IMG/VR virus record: IMGVR_UViG_3300023174_000075
Span: 1 to 64,000 of that record
DNA length: 64,000 nucleotides
Direction: 5' to 3' (one strand)
Origin: a virus
Shown here: positions 39,547-49,296 of the stretch, one piece after another
Layout of the letters: each line of letters starts with the position of its first letter
Position numbering within the stretch: the first letter of the stretch is position 1
Made by a program: the position numbers and the translations under genes
Notes under the pieces: model-generated
Databases searched by the model: none
Seen by the model: only the letters and a program-made list of their open reading frames with translations
Told to the model about the DNA's origin: nothing

Positions 39547-40881
39547 CTATATTTTTCTTAAGATACTTTCAGCTACATATATAGCTTGTGCACCACTAAC
39601 TGTTATTCCTCTTGCTGATAGTGCGTCCCCTACAAAATAAACATTTGGGTACTCTATTAAAGACAAATCAAAGTGATTTGTTAAAGGCTCTGGTGCGGCA
39701 TACTTGCACTCGGGTATGTAGATTCCATAATCATCACCAAAGTTGAATACTTTATTCATATCATCAATAAAATTCATGACATAATCCATGTATCCTCCCA
39801 TTACTCTTTTAACAAAACCATTAAATGTATCTTCACCAATTGGGTGAGCTACTACAGTTATACCTTCAGATGTTAATCCTGGTTGGCGAGTAAAATTAGG
39901 TGAATAATATAATCCTTCATTGTTTATTTGTAGCTTATTAACAACATCTCTTGACCACTTAAATGGGTCTTCAATACCTTTAATTTCCATTAATATACCA
40001 AAATTGGTCATATCGTTTCGGAATTGTTTGCCCTTTTTCGCATGGCCGTTGTACGTAATATCGCCGTACGTTTCCTCCACGGCCACGTAAGCGGCATTGT
40101 TATTAGTACAAAAGCTACGTAGAGAAACATTTTCATATTTTTGATATAATTTGAAATCATATGATATGTCTATTAATTTTTGAAAATATTTTTGTGGTGC
40201 TTCAAATCGAACACCTATTTGAACTGATTTAGGTTCAGTTGGTAATTTATAGTTGTCTGATAATGATTGTGCAAAGTCAATACCTGATTTGCCTACAGCA
40301 AATATTAATTTGTCATATCCAATAGGTGATAAATAACTCCTACCCGGAGCTATTGGTTTACTATCACACAATACTGTTAAAGCATCTTCTTTAAAATTTA
40401 TATCTGTTACTTCAGTTTCCCATTTAAATTTAACACCTTTATCAACTAAATATTGATACCATGCTTTAGCGATCTCGTGTAAATAGTTACTACCAATATG
40501 CCATACAGGAAATAAACGTAAACCAAAGTATGGTTTAATAAAGTCTGGTTCAGCTACTGGATCAGAACAGAATATTTCTTCTGGTTTAGGGTGAAAACGT
40601 CTGAAATTACTAATAACTTGATCCATCAACTCCATTGCTTTATTCTCACCACAATACTTAGACAATTGACCACCGATTGCTATATGATATGTTAATTTGC
40701 CATCACTCCAGCCACCAGCACCTAACATACCTGTCATTACCTCTTCAGGTAAGCGATTATGTGGATCATTACCTTTGTCTATAATGGTAATCAATTCACC
40801 AGGATAGCCATTATCTACTAATTTAGTTGCAGCGTTTATGCCCGCTACACCGGCACCTACGATTACGATTTTCTTTTGCAT
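39547..40881 (-). CDS. FAD-dependent oxidoreductase (uncharacterised dehydrogenase family); start revised to MQKKIVIVGAG
   Basis: GAGVAG Rossmann motif, G.LGAG.WSDGKL, GVRFE, RSFC.N, NGH, VGD...RG. Confidence 0.85.
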   Translation of the reverse strand: MQKKIVIVGAGVAGINAATKLVDNGYPGELITIIDKGNDPHNRLPEEVMTGMLGAGGWSDGKLTYHIAIGGQLSKYCGENKAMELMDQVISNFRRFHPKPEEIFCSDPVAEPDFIKPYFGLRLFPVWHIGSNYLHEIAKAWYQYLVDKGVKFKWETEVTDINFKEDALTVLCDSKPIAPGRSYLSPIGYDKLIFAVGKSGIDFAQSLSDNYKLPTEPKSVQIGVRFEAPQKYFQKLIDISYDFKLYQKYENVSLRSFCTNNNAAYVAVEETYGDITYNGHAKKGKQFRNDMTNFGILMEIKGIEDPFKWSRDVVNKLQINNEGLYYSPNFTRQPGLTSEGITVVAHPIGEDTFNGFVKRVMGGYMDYVMNFIDDMNKVFNFGDDYGIYIPECKYAAPEPLTNHFDLSLIEYPNVYFVGDALSARGITVSGAQAIYVAESILRKI

Positions 40882-40886
40882 ATAAT

Positions 40887-40917
40887 TAAATATAAGTTTT
40901 TTGTTTTGACGAGCAAA
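40887..40917 (-). promoter_or_regulatory. Bacteroidota-like sigma promoter TTTG-N19-TATATTTA
   Basis: Spacing matches the -33 TTTG / -7 TAnnTTTG consensus; 5 nt upstream of revised ATG. Confidence 0.5.
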
Positions 40918-40998
40918 GAGAGAGCGCACCTTTTGAGTGCGCCACAGCTGCATTAATGTTATTTATTAATCGAACAGGCTATGAATCTGTTCTATATG

Positions 40999-42153
40999 TT
41001 ATTGTAAAGATGGTGTCTTATTGTAATCTAATACTAATGTTTTGCCACCTCTAGTTGGTTCTAATTTTGCTTGTTTATAAGGTATTGTTCTAAAATCTAT
41101 ACCATGAGATTGATTTTCGTGACGAGCTAACATTATTACAGGTTTATCATCAGCTATTAGATCATCTACGTCATTCATGTTTCTAGTAGTTTTAACAGTT
41201 AATACACCATTTTCTAAACTATAATCAGTTGATGAAAATGAACGTTGAACGATTTTGGCTTTATCAGGCCCAAATGTAATTTTTTCTAAATTATTATCTA
41301 TACCGGGGTAGTTAAGGATAAATATTCTACCATATCTTCTTTCATCTTTAGGATCCATCATATCCATTACTTTAGGTTGTAATGGATTTGATTTAATGAT
41401 TAGATTAGGAATTTTACCCTCTTTACCACTTTCTATAAATTTATTAAGTAGTTCACCAAAGTTTTTCCTTTCACTACTCCACCAATATGGACCATCTTTT
41501 TTAATCGATAGATTTTGCTCACCATTTTTAGTAACTAATGTTACGTCACCTTTAAGACCTTGTTTACTACCTGTATTACCCATTCCTTTAGCTTGTGTTA
41601 CATCAGGTATTAAAGTTTCTTTATTATCATCATCGATAAATTTAACACTTATAGGTCCACCATTTTGAGTAATAGCATCATTAACGGCATTAACTAATTC
41701 TTTTTCATTTGATACACCAGCTCCACCACCTTCTTGTCCACCTAAATTAGCTGATTTATATATTGAACTTACATTTAATGTTGTTTCTTGTCCATTAAGT
41801 TGTCCTATAATTCTAACGTTACGAGCGTTTTGTACATTTCTAAGTGCTCCTACTAAATTGGATTTTTCGTTTTTATCTTTAGCATAGAATGTTTCATCAC
41901 CTACTACTACATAATCTGCTACAAAATCATCCTCACCTTTAGCACCTATTTTAAATGGATCTTCATTATAAAATATAGTAGTAAATTGATCAGGACGTTT
42001 TTTTATTGAGTTAAGTGATAACATAGCTTCTTCTAATTCTAATTCATTAACCATTTCTTGTAATATGGTTAATTTAGTTGGATCGTTCAAATCAACGATT
42101 CCATCGTGGCAACGGTATGACCACTCTAATAATATTTTATCTATAACATTCAT
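40999..42153 (-). CDS. Putative PD-(D/E)XK (restriction-endonuclease-like) nuclease with internal-protein-type leader
   Basis: NE..LV...KGDV.L......LSIKK; leader MNVIDKILLEW...LEEA. Confidence 0.5.
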   Translation of the reverse strand: MNVIDKILLEWSYRCHDGIVDLNDPTKLTILQEMVNELELEEAMLSLNSIKKRPDQFTTIFYNEDPFKIGAKGEDDFVADYVVVGDETFYAKDKNEKSNLVGALRNVQNARNVRIIGQLNGQETTLNVSSIYKSANLGGQEGGGAGVSNEKELVNAVNDAITQNGGPISVKFIDDDNKETLIPDVTQAKGMGNTGSKQGLKGDVTLVTKNGEQNLSIKKDGPYWWSSERKNFGELLNKFIESGKEGKIPNLIIKSNPLQPKVMDMMDPKDERRYGRIFILNYPGIDNNLEKITFGPDKAKIVQRSFSSTDYSLENGVLTVKTTRNMNDVDDLIADDKPVIMLARHENQSHGIDFRTIPYKQAKLEPTRGGKTLVLDYNKTPSLQ

Positions 42154-42154
42154 A

Positions 42155-42697
42155 TTATGCTTCTGCTGGTGGTGTTTCTTCTTCTGTTGGAGGTGCTGCT
42201 CCTGCCTCTGGTGCTGTTGTTTCAGGACCAGCTGATGCTAATTCAGGGCCTAATTCAGCTCCTGATGCTGCTGGGGATTCAGCTGGTGGTGTTTCTGCTC
42301 CTCCACTTTCCATACCTTCTTTAGGTGCATAATTTAATTCTAATAAATCAGCTATACCTTGTGAAGCACGCTCCAATTCACCTATATTAATTGGGTTGTA
42401 TCTTTTACCTGCTACTTTTACTTGAAAATTATCTCTACCTAGATATTTAATACTAAAATCTTGTCCGTTGATTAAATCAACTTTAAATGTTGTTGGTTTA
42501 GGGGCAACAATATTAATACCATTAACGTAACGACCAAAAGCGGGAGACATTAATTCTTCCATTATCTTTTTTAGTCCAGGAAAGCGATACACCATGTACA
42601 TCGCCTTCTCTGCTTTTCGCTGTTGTTCTTCTTGCTCTTTAAGAGCTTTTTTAACAGCTACCTTAATGTATTTTTCTAGTAATAATTGTTTATTCAT
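42155..42697 (-). CDS. Putative internal protein with acidic Pro/Ala/Glu tail
   Basis: MNKQLLLEK...ALKE. Confidence 0.65.
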   Translation of the reverse strand: MNKQLLLEKYIKVAVKKALKEQEEQQRKAEKAMYMVYRFPGLKKIMEELMSPAFGRYVNGINIVAPKPTTFKVDLINGQDFSIKYLGRDNFQVKVAGKRYNPINIGELERASQGIADLLELNYAPKEGMESGGAETPPAESPAASGAELGPELASAGPETTAPEAGAAPPTEEETPPAEA

Positions 42698-43322
42698 TAT
42701 CATTTAATTCATGGAATCCTTGTGCAGCTTGATCGATATAGTTTTCAGCATTTGTTATGTGGTCTTGAATCCATCCTGGTATATCACGCTCCATCATTCC
42801 TAATTTATTCATTAGTTGAGCAGCAGATTTAATAATTGATTTTAAACTAGCTTGAGCCATTGCTACCTCATGATCATCACCTTCTTTAATATTTTTAGCT
42901 ATTGCTTTACGGCGATTAGCTAGATATTTATCTGTTTTATCTACCTTACCATCATTATTAATGTCTTTGTCTTCTTTTCCTACTGGGTCTAATTTTTCAG
43001 ACATTGTTTTATTAATAAAATCATCAGAAACAGCAAATACTTGTACTATACCATTTTCTAAATCTGTTACTTCAATATCTTCAAGATCATATTCTGCTTG
43101 TAATTCTTCAGCAACTTGGTTACCTATTGCTAAAGCTTTTCTAGCTCCTTCTTCTCTTTGTTGACCAGAAGCTGTTTTTGAACCTAACGCTACTAAAGCA
43201 CCTCCTGCTCCTACTGGGTATTTAATTTTTACAATTAAAAAATTAGGGTGATTAGGGTCTTTAGACATTTTAGGTTTAAAGTACTCTGTAGCTTCTGCTA
43301 GTAATTCAGCTAACTTTATCAT
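42690..43322 (-). CDS. MIKL-leader modular protein with EF-hand-like loop
   Basis: MIKLAELLAEA; DKDINNDGKVDKTD; PGWIQDHIT.A. Confidence 0.65.
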   Translation of the reverse strand: MIKLAELLAEATEYFKPKMSKDPNHPNFLIVKIKYPVGAGGALVALGSKTASGQQREEGARKALAIGNQVAEELQAEYDLEDIEVTDLENGIVQVFAVSDDFINKTMSEKLDPVGKEDKDINNDGKVDKTDKYLANRRKAIAKNIKEGDDHEVAMAQASLKSIIKSAAQLMNKLGMMERDIPGWIQDHITNAENYIDQAAQGFHELNDNE

Positions 43323-43699
43323 TTTAAAAAGCGTAATTTATATATTGTAGAATTAATTAAAGCAACAATCTCATCAATTTGATTTTGGATGTATGTATCT
43401 TGTGGAAGTACTTGTCTGCTTTTTTCAACGTACATACAAAGTGTTTCAAAATATGAAATTACACCTTCGCAATTTTGAAATTCTTGTAATGCTATATTAC
43501 CATATCCACTAATTATACCATATTTTCCTTGGTATGATTCTACAATACCATCAGTTATACCTACGATTTCGTCATAATATACATTTAGTGCTGAGTGTGC
43601 AGCAAATGAATCTGTTTGAAGATGAAATACATGTGATTGTGTGCGTGATGCAAACAAGGTTGATATGAATTGTCCTACGATTGGGTTATTATTTTCCAT
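43319..43699 (-). CDS. Ferritin/Dps-like four-helix protein
   Basis: H..HLQT.SFA.H.AL..YYD......D..VE.YQG...YKLRFL. Confidence 0.7.
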   Translation of the reverse strand: MENNNPIVGQFISTLFASRTQSHVFHLQTDSFAAHSALNVYYDEIVGITDGIVESYQGKYGIISGYGNIALQEFQNCEGVISYFETLCMYVEKSRQVLPQDTYIQNQIDEIVALINSTIYKLRFLK

Positions 43700-43701
43700 T
43701 A

Positions 43702-44241
43702 TTATTTTTTTACTACTTTTTTAAGAATAGCACCAGCTACTTTCTTACCAGCTTCTTCTGAACCATATTGTTTAGCTGCTTTCTTAGCAATTTTTTCAAA
43801 TCCTTTACCTGGTTTGCCAATATCAGTACCTTTTTTAAAACGAGATTCATCTACTATTTTTTCTTGTCCAGCTTCAGGAACAAGACCCATCATTTCTTTA
43901 ATCTTATTCTTTTCAGCTGAGATTTTATCTTCAAGTGCTTTGATTTGTTCGTCAATACTTGCTTCTAATGCAACACCACCTGCTTTAATTTTATCTAATT
44001 CTTTAGCAAATTTAGCTAAATTAGCAAATTCAACTTCAGTTGATGTTGTTTTTTCAGCAAATTTAGCAGCCATTAATTCATCTTTCATTGTTTTCAATGC
44101 AGCTAACTCTTTTTTAAGATCAACTAACTTACCAGAGCTTTTTGGAAGACCTGCTTCTTTTTTCTTTGGTTCTTTATCTTTTGTTTCTTTTGCTTCGTTT
44201 ATTAAACTGCGTACGAATAGACGTAATGCGAAATTGTTCAT
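43702..44241 (-). CDS. Lys/Glu-rich putative internal protein
   Basis: Leader ending LINEA; coiled coil; VDES site before a basic module. Confidence 0.65.
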   Translation of the reverse strand: MNNFALRLFVRSLINEAKETKDKEPKKKEAGLPKSSGKLVDLKKELAALKTMKDELMAAKFAEKTTSTEVEFANLAKFAKELDKIKAGGVALEASIDEQIKALEDKISAEKNKIKEMMGLVPEAGQEKIVDESRFKKGTDIGKPGKGFEKIAKKAAKQYGSEEAGKKVAGAILKKVVKK

Positions 44242-44268
44242 TATTTTTTATGTTTATATGTATAAATA

Positions 44269-46887
44269 TTATTGATTTCTGGTTTCATTAACGTGTTGTC
44301 TTATTAATTCACGTACTTCATCTAAATGACGTGGATTAGTAGCAACGTATTCACGTACTAAGTAATTACGTATTTCAGCTAAGTTACGACGTTGTAGTGC
44401 CTGCATTAATTCAGCTGGTGAATTTAATGTTACCGCTGTACCATCTGGTAATAATATATAATTTCTATTACCTGGTTGGATGTTTATAGATGCTATTATT
44501 TGTTGGTTTGCTAAACGAATAATATATATTTTGCTAGGGCCAACACTGATAACTCGACCTACACTACCAGCACCACCTAATTGATTATTACGACGTGCAG
44601 CACCTCTGTCACCATTTGGAGCAACACGTGTTGCATTATCTACATTTAATCGTCTATAATCAGCACGTGGTAAACGCATAAAAGCATTAGTTAATCCCGC
44701 GTCATCTATTACTTCAGCTACACCTATATCACCACCTCCTACGGCTGCTGGAGCTGCGGCACGTGGAGCATTAGCTACACCTGCTGGTCTACCTCTTCTA
44801 CCGGTTGTTGCTGTAGCTGCTATTGGTGTAGCGTCATCTGGTGTAGCGCCTGTTAATTGACGAGCCATAGCTCCAGGTATGTTTGCTTTAACTAATTTAC
44901 CTGTATCTGATAATTTAAATGATTCTCTTGGATTAGCTTTATTAATCAAATAAAAACCATTTGCTCCTACTGCTGGGGTAAAGCGATCTGTTGGTGAGAA
45001 TGGAGGTTGTGCTCTAAACCATGCTTTTTTACCTTCAGTATTACTCCAAGAACTTCTCCAAGCTCTCATTAATGGATCACTTTCATATACTTTATTCTCA
45101 TTTCTCATCCAGTTGAAATAAGCTCTAAATTCTGCTTCATCCATATTACTACTAGAAGTTCCTTCTCTCCAATTACCATTAGTTCCAAAAATATAATTAG
45201 TTCCAAAAGGTGAAAAATATAAATTTTTATCTTTTATAAAGATAGATCTATCACTTTGTCCATCTGGGACTAATATAATATGATCTGAATTATTTCTAGT
45301 TGCTGTTCTCTTACTATATGGGGTGGCATTAATTATAGATATAAATGCTTCTTTATCTAATGTTGGTGGAAGATCATCTCTACTATCAAATGCCGTTTTA
45401 ACAGCATTCATTGCTGAATCTTGGAATGATGTATTATCTTTTTCAGCAGCAAATACTGATTGTACATCTTCATCATTAAATGGTATTTTAGTTATTTTAC
45501 CATCTTCAACTTTATATGACGCAAATGAATTTGAATCAACTATAATTTCTTTACCATCTACATCTTTAACTACAATAGCAGAATTTTCATCTGTTTTAGC
45601 TTTTTCAATAACTGTATCTAATAATTTTCTATCAATAACACCATCAGTAGCTAATTTTATCATTATATTGAATGGTATCTTATCTAATTCTGGGTAATCA
45701 AGTAAATATTTTGATGTACGTTGGTTTAGTTTAATGGTTGGATAATCGTCTTCCGCTGTATATACTCCTACATTAACTGTGTCTCCAAATCTTAATTTAA
45801 CTATAGCTTTACCATCTTTAGTAACATACATTCTATCAGTAGATGGTATATTCCATTTCTTCAATATTGTTAATAATTTCTTAACATCAAATGGAAAGAT
45901 ATCTAATGGAAGATATTTTAAGTCGATTGCTGACTGGATATTAGCTGTTATTGATTTTCTATCTTGATTACTAAATTTATCTAAATTAGCTAATAAAAAA
46001 GTATTATCAATAATACCAGGAGTAACAGCAATAAATTCAGCTATTTGGGGATATTGTGGTAAATATTTTTCAACAAATTCTTTATTTTCTATGTCACTAA
46101 ATAATTTACTACTTTTTCTAACAACTAAATATTGTTTTTTAGTATTGAATGGCATTTTTACCCATTCTCTAATACTAACAGCATCTCTCTTATATTTTTG
46201 ATTTACTTTTTCTTGATTAGATAACGGAATGTAACGTAATATACTCCTAATATTAGGAACATCATTTAACCAAGGTACTTCAGATGATAATCTACTAAAA
46301 GGCATTGGGGATGATTCGTATGGGCTATTATGTCTATTTGTATAGACGTATTTTCTATTTTCATCCTCTACATCTCTAACTTGTACAGCAACAAAACTCA
46401 ATTTATCACTATCTGATATATTGGTATTTTTAATTAAATAAAATGTTGGGTAACCTTTAGAAGCATCATAACGATAATTACCAAATGATCCCCTAGTGAT
46501 ACACCATTTTTCACCACTACCATAATTTACACAGTTACCTTCTTTAGAACCATTCCATACAGTAATACCATTATCTTGATATACTACATCTGGTGTTTGA
46601 TCTTCTTCATCATCTGATGCTTCAGCTCCTGCTGATGATGTAACCAATTTTATTAGTTTAGATAAAGACCATTTACGTAAATCTTTTTCCTGTATTTTAG
46701 GTGAATTTTTTATAGCATCAAAACGTTCAATATATTTTTTTAATGTATCATCACTAATATTAATATTTAAATCGTCAGCTTCTTCTCTAAATTGAGCCAT
46801 TAAACGTTTTATTTCACCTTCAGAATATTCATTCAGTGGAAAAATATTGTGTACTACATGTAATATGAATTTATCTATTGCTCTCAT
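44269..46887 (-). CDS. Large (872 aa) putative internal protein with WCIT motif and AT-hook
   Basis: PLNEY leader, C..YG...KWCITR...Y, RRGRPAG. Confidence 0.7.
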   Translation of the reverse strand: MRAIDKFILHVVHNIFPLNEYSEGEIKRLMAQFREEADDLNINISDDTLKKYIERFDAIKNSPKIQEKDLRKWSLSKLIKLVTSSAGAEASDDEEDQTPDVVYQDNGITVWNGSKEGNCVNYGSGEKWCITRGSFGNYRYDASKGYPTFYLIKNTNISDSDKLSFVAVQVRDVEDENRKYVYTNRHNSPYESSPMPFSRLSSEVPWLNDVPNIRSILRYIPLSNQEKVNQKYKRDAVSIREWVKMPFNTKKQYLVVRKSSKLFSDIENKEFVEKYLPQYPQIAEFIAVTPGIIDNTFLLANLDKFSNQDRKSITANIQSAIDLKYLPLDIFPFDVKKLLTILKKWNIPSTDRMYVTKDGKAIVKLRFGDTVNVGVYTAEDDYPTIKLNQRTSKYLLDYPELDKIPFNIMIKLATDGVIDRKLLDTVIEKAKTDENSAIVVKDVDGKEIIVDSNSFASYKVEDGKITKIPFNDEDVQSVFAAEKDNTSFQDSAMNAVKTAFDSRDDLPPTLDKEAFISIINATPYSKRTATRNNSDHIILVPDGQSDRSIFIKDKNLYFSPFGTNYIFGTNGNWREGTSSSNMDEAEFRAYFNWMRNENKVYESDPLMRAWRSSWSNTEGKKAWFRAQPPFSPTDRFTPAVGANGFYLINKANPRESFKLSDTGKLVKANIPGAMARQLTGATPDDATPIAATATTGRRGRPAGVANAPRAAAPAAVGGGDIGVAEVIDDAGLTNAFMRLPRADYRRLNVDNATRVAPNGDRGAARRNNQLGGAGSVGRVISVGPSKIYIIRLANQQIIASINIQPGNRNYILLPDGTAVTLNSPAELMQALQRRNLAEIRNYLVREYVATNPRHLDEVRELIRQHVNETRNQ

Positions 46888-47537
46888 TGTATTGGAGGTA
46901 AATTTAGTGCTTTTAATCTAGTAGACCACACATTTAATATGTCTTGTCTTTCTTGTGGGTCTAATCCTACTTTATCAAAATAATCGTTAATTACTTTTTT
47001 AAATGGTGTACGTGTTTTTTTAGCTTTTATATATAAGCCTTGTAACATAGCATCCACTTCTCTTTCTAATTTAAAATACTCAGCTCTTGGTAATTTTCCT
47101 TTATTAATTTGTTTACGTATTTTTATATCATCCGCCATTTCCTTAGAAGGGATAACATTAATACCTTCTTGTGTAAAATGTTCTAATTCATGTCTAATAA
47201 CATCCGTTAAATCATGATATATTGTTTCCCACATTTGTGGTAAATCTCTTGGATCTACCTGAAATCTAATTTCAAGATATGGAGGATCTAGTTTTTGATT
47301 AACGCCACCATCTACAGCATATGTACCTTCTTCAGTTTCTTCAACTCTTAATATAGCATTTAATTCAAATTCAAATGGACGACCTTTAGCATCAGTTAAA
47401 TCATAGTCTTCCTCAAATTCTAAATCACCTTGTTCGTCCATATATTGATCTTTCCATTCTCTCATAATGTCAGTGACTATGTTTCTAGTTATAGAATCAT
47501 AAGCACCTTCTTTCAATATATTAATTAATTTAATCAT
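46884..47537 (-). CDS. MIKL-leader HExxH zincin-like protein (start revised to 47537)
   Basis: MIKLINILKEG; RHELEHFTQ...E.DA. Confidence 0.65.
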   Translation of the reverse strand: MIKLINILKEGAYDSITRNIVTDIMREWKDQYMDEQGDLEFEEDYDLTDAKGRPFEFELNAILRVEETEEGTYAVDGGVNQKLDPPYLEIRFQVDPRDLPQMWETIYHDLTDVIRHELEHFTQEGINVIPSKEMADDIKIRKQINKGKLPRAEYFKLEREVDAMLQGLYIKAKKTRTPFKKVINDYFDKVGLDPQERQDILNVWSTRLKALNLPPIQ

Positions 47538-47538
47538 A

Positions 47539-48270
47539 TTACCATTTTCTACAAGACCAATAATTTGCTTTCCAACGTGGTCCTGGATTATCACAGTGAT
47601 GTCTTTTGCGGTATGCGCTGCGGCGTTTTGGATTTTTAGCTTTAATTACCATGCGTTTGCCTTTTGCTGACTTTCCGCCAAATCCAAAATTAACCTTTAC
47701 AACTTTACCTTTGTTATTTTTAACGTATACTTTAAATTTTTTAATGTCGCCTTGCATTGGTTTGCCCAATTGTACTTTACGACCATGATATTCAGCTTCT
47801 GTTACACAGTTACATGATGCTTCGGTTAAGAATGTTTTATATTCTTTCATAAATCTAATGAAGTCTTTTACCTCATACAAGTCATTTTCATTAACGTCAT
47901 ATTCATCTATTTGATTGCTATTATCATGTCCACATTTATGACAAGTGTAAGGATCGGTTCCACCATTATCTAATTTCCACTCCCAACCACAGTTTTCGCA
48001 TGTAATTGTTTGATCTTCACCAATAAAAAATGCTTCATTAATTTCACTATCTAAATGACGAATAATACCTGATTTTAAATCGGCTTGAAAGTTACCTTTA
48101 TACTCTGCTGGTTCATCACTGTTGATATATTTTATTGTTACCTCACCTGGATATTGTAAATAGTTTATATCAATAGTTTGAAATTGATTTCCGTCTCTAT
48201 CTACATAATAATCTACTTCATTTTCATTAATGATTTCTAAAATAAGTTGTTTTAATTCTGTAAGTTTCAT
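47539..48270 (-). CDS. Modular putative internal protein (Zn ribbon and basic C-terminal domain)
   Basis: MKLTELKQLILEIINE; CENC..CHKC; KFKVYVK...KVNFG...R.RH.C...A.YWSC..W. Confidence 0.7.
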   Translation of the reverse strand: MKLTELKQLILEIINENEVDYYVDRDGNQFQTIDINYLQYPGEVTIKYINSDEPAEYKGNFQADLKSGIIRHLDSEINEAFFIGEDQTITCENCGWEWKLDNGGTDPYTCHKCGHDNSNQIDEYDVNENDLYEVKDFIRFMKEYKTFLTEASCNCVTEAEYHGRKVQLGKPMQGDIKKFKVYVKNNKGKVVKVNFGFGGKSAKGKRMVIKAKNPKRRSAYRKRHHCDNPGPRWKANYWSCRKW

Positions 48271-48273
48271 AAT

Positions 48274-48678
48274 TTATTTATTAAGACGTACTTTTGCTTT
48301 TTTTGTGTTTGGTACAAATTGTTTTTTAGCTGCTGCTTTTTTCTTTGATGTAGCAGCACGTTCAGCTTTAGTTAAACTATTAGCTTTAGCACGAGGTAAA
48401 CAACGAGTTGTTTTATTACCTTTTTTCATTGTACCACAAGGACCAGTTATATTACCTGCTGTATCAATACGAACCCAATCTTCTTTTTTAAACCAATCAC
48501 GTAATGATTCATCTATTTTTTCTTTCATTAATCCTTTACATACTTTAACAGCACGACCAGAAAGGTAAGCTGATGGTTTTTCTCCAGCAGCTCTACGACG
48601 ATTATAATAAGCTTTACCTTTAGGGCATAGCTTTTTTTCTGCTAATATATCGCTTAATATTTCGGTTAGTTTAATCAC
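48274..48678 (-). CDS. MIKL-leader basic protein
   Basis: MIKLTEILSD; PSAY.SG; L..WFK.E.W; C.P. Confidence 0.7.
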   Translation of the reverse strand: MIKLTEILSDILAEKKLCPKGKAYYNRRRAAGEKPSAYLSGRAVKVCKGLMKEKIDESLRDWFKKEDWVRIDTAGNITGPCGTMKKGNKTTRCLPRAKANSLTKAERAATSKKKAAAKKQFVPNTKKAKVRLNK

Positions 48679-49295
48679 TTTATAATTTCTTTAATATCAT
48701 AATAAAAAGAATCTGTATCTTCTGACACCCATCTATCTGCTACTGATTCTACAGCTAGTAGTTCTGTATCTACTTTTATAGTTTTAGGATCAACTGGAAA
48801 ATCTTTAGTTATCCAATTTGAATCTTTCCAAAATATTCTATTATTTGGCATACACATTAGATATCCATCATCCGCTGCTAATACATGTCCACATTTATAG
48901 TCAGTAGGTTCGTCTGAGTATGGGTTATTTTGCCAGTCTATCGTAAATAAATATGTAGCCCAAACATATGTTTTATCTCTTAATATAACCTTACATTTCT
49001 TTTCTTTTAAATAACTATAAGTTATTATTGTCGCGTCATTATCAAAACAATCCCATAATTGCTTATAATAAAATGGTAAGTCTTTTTTAGGTTCTTGTAA
49101 GTAAATTTCAGATAGTGGTACTCTAGATCTTAACATCCCATAATCAGTCATGATATGAAATGTAAGTATTTTGCCCATTATTGATTGTATACCAAAAGCA
49201 TAAGCGTTATGATACTTATTAGAGTCTTTAGGATTTTTAGTAAAATACGATTCTTTTATAAGACATTTAAAATATGGTATGTTTTCATTTAACAT
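48675..49295 (-). CDS. Conserved hypothetical phage protein
   Basis: LN.NIP, QLWDCF, YLFTIDW, KC.H, PNNRI.W. Confidence 0.75.
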   Translation of the reverse strand: MLNENIPYFKCLIKESYFTKNPKDSNKYHNAYAFGIQSIMGKILTFHIMTDYGMLRSRVPLSEIYLQEPKKDLPFYYKQLWDCFDNDATIITYSYLKEKKCKVILRDKTYVWATYLFTIDWQNNPYSDEPTDYKCGHVLAADDGYLMCMPNNRIFWKDSNWITKDFPVDPKTIKVDTELLAVESVADRWVSEDTDSFYYDIKEIIK

Positions 49296-49296
49296 A

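Noticed and set aside
38255-39720. Group I intron or DGR template/variable repeat explanation of the duplicated oxidoreductase end
   Set aside because: The upstream gene is complete without splicing and there is no room for a ribozyme core; differences are synonymous and not adenine-specific
46884-47594. Longer starts given by the ORF track (47594, 40953, 35347, 34380, 25686, 11491, 10677, 57340)
   Set aside because: They overlap upstream genes or promoter motifs; downstream ATGs fit the leader motifs and gene coupling better
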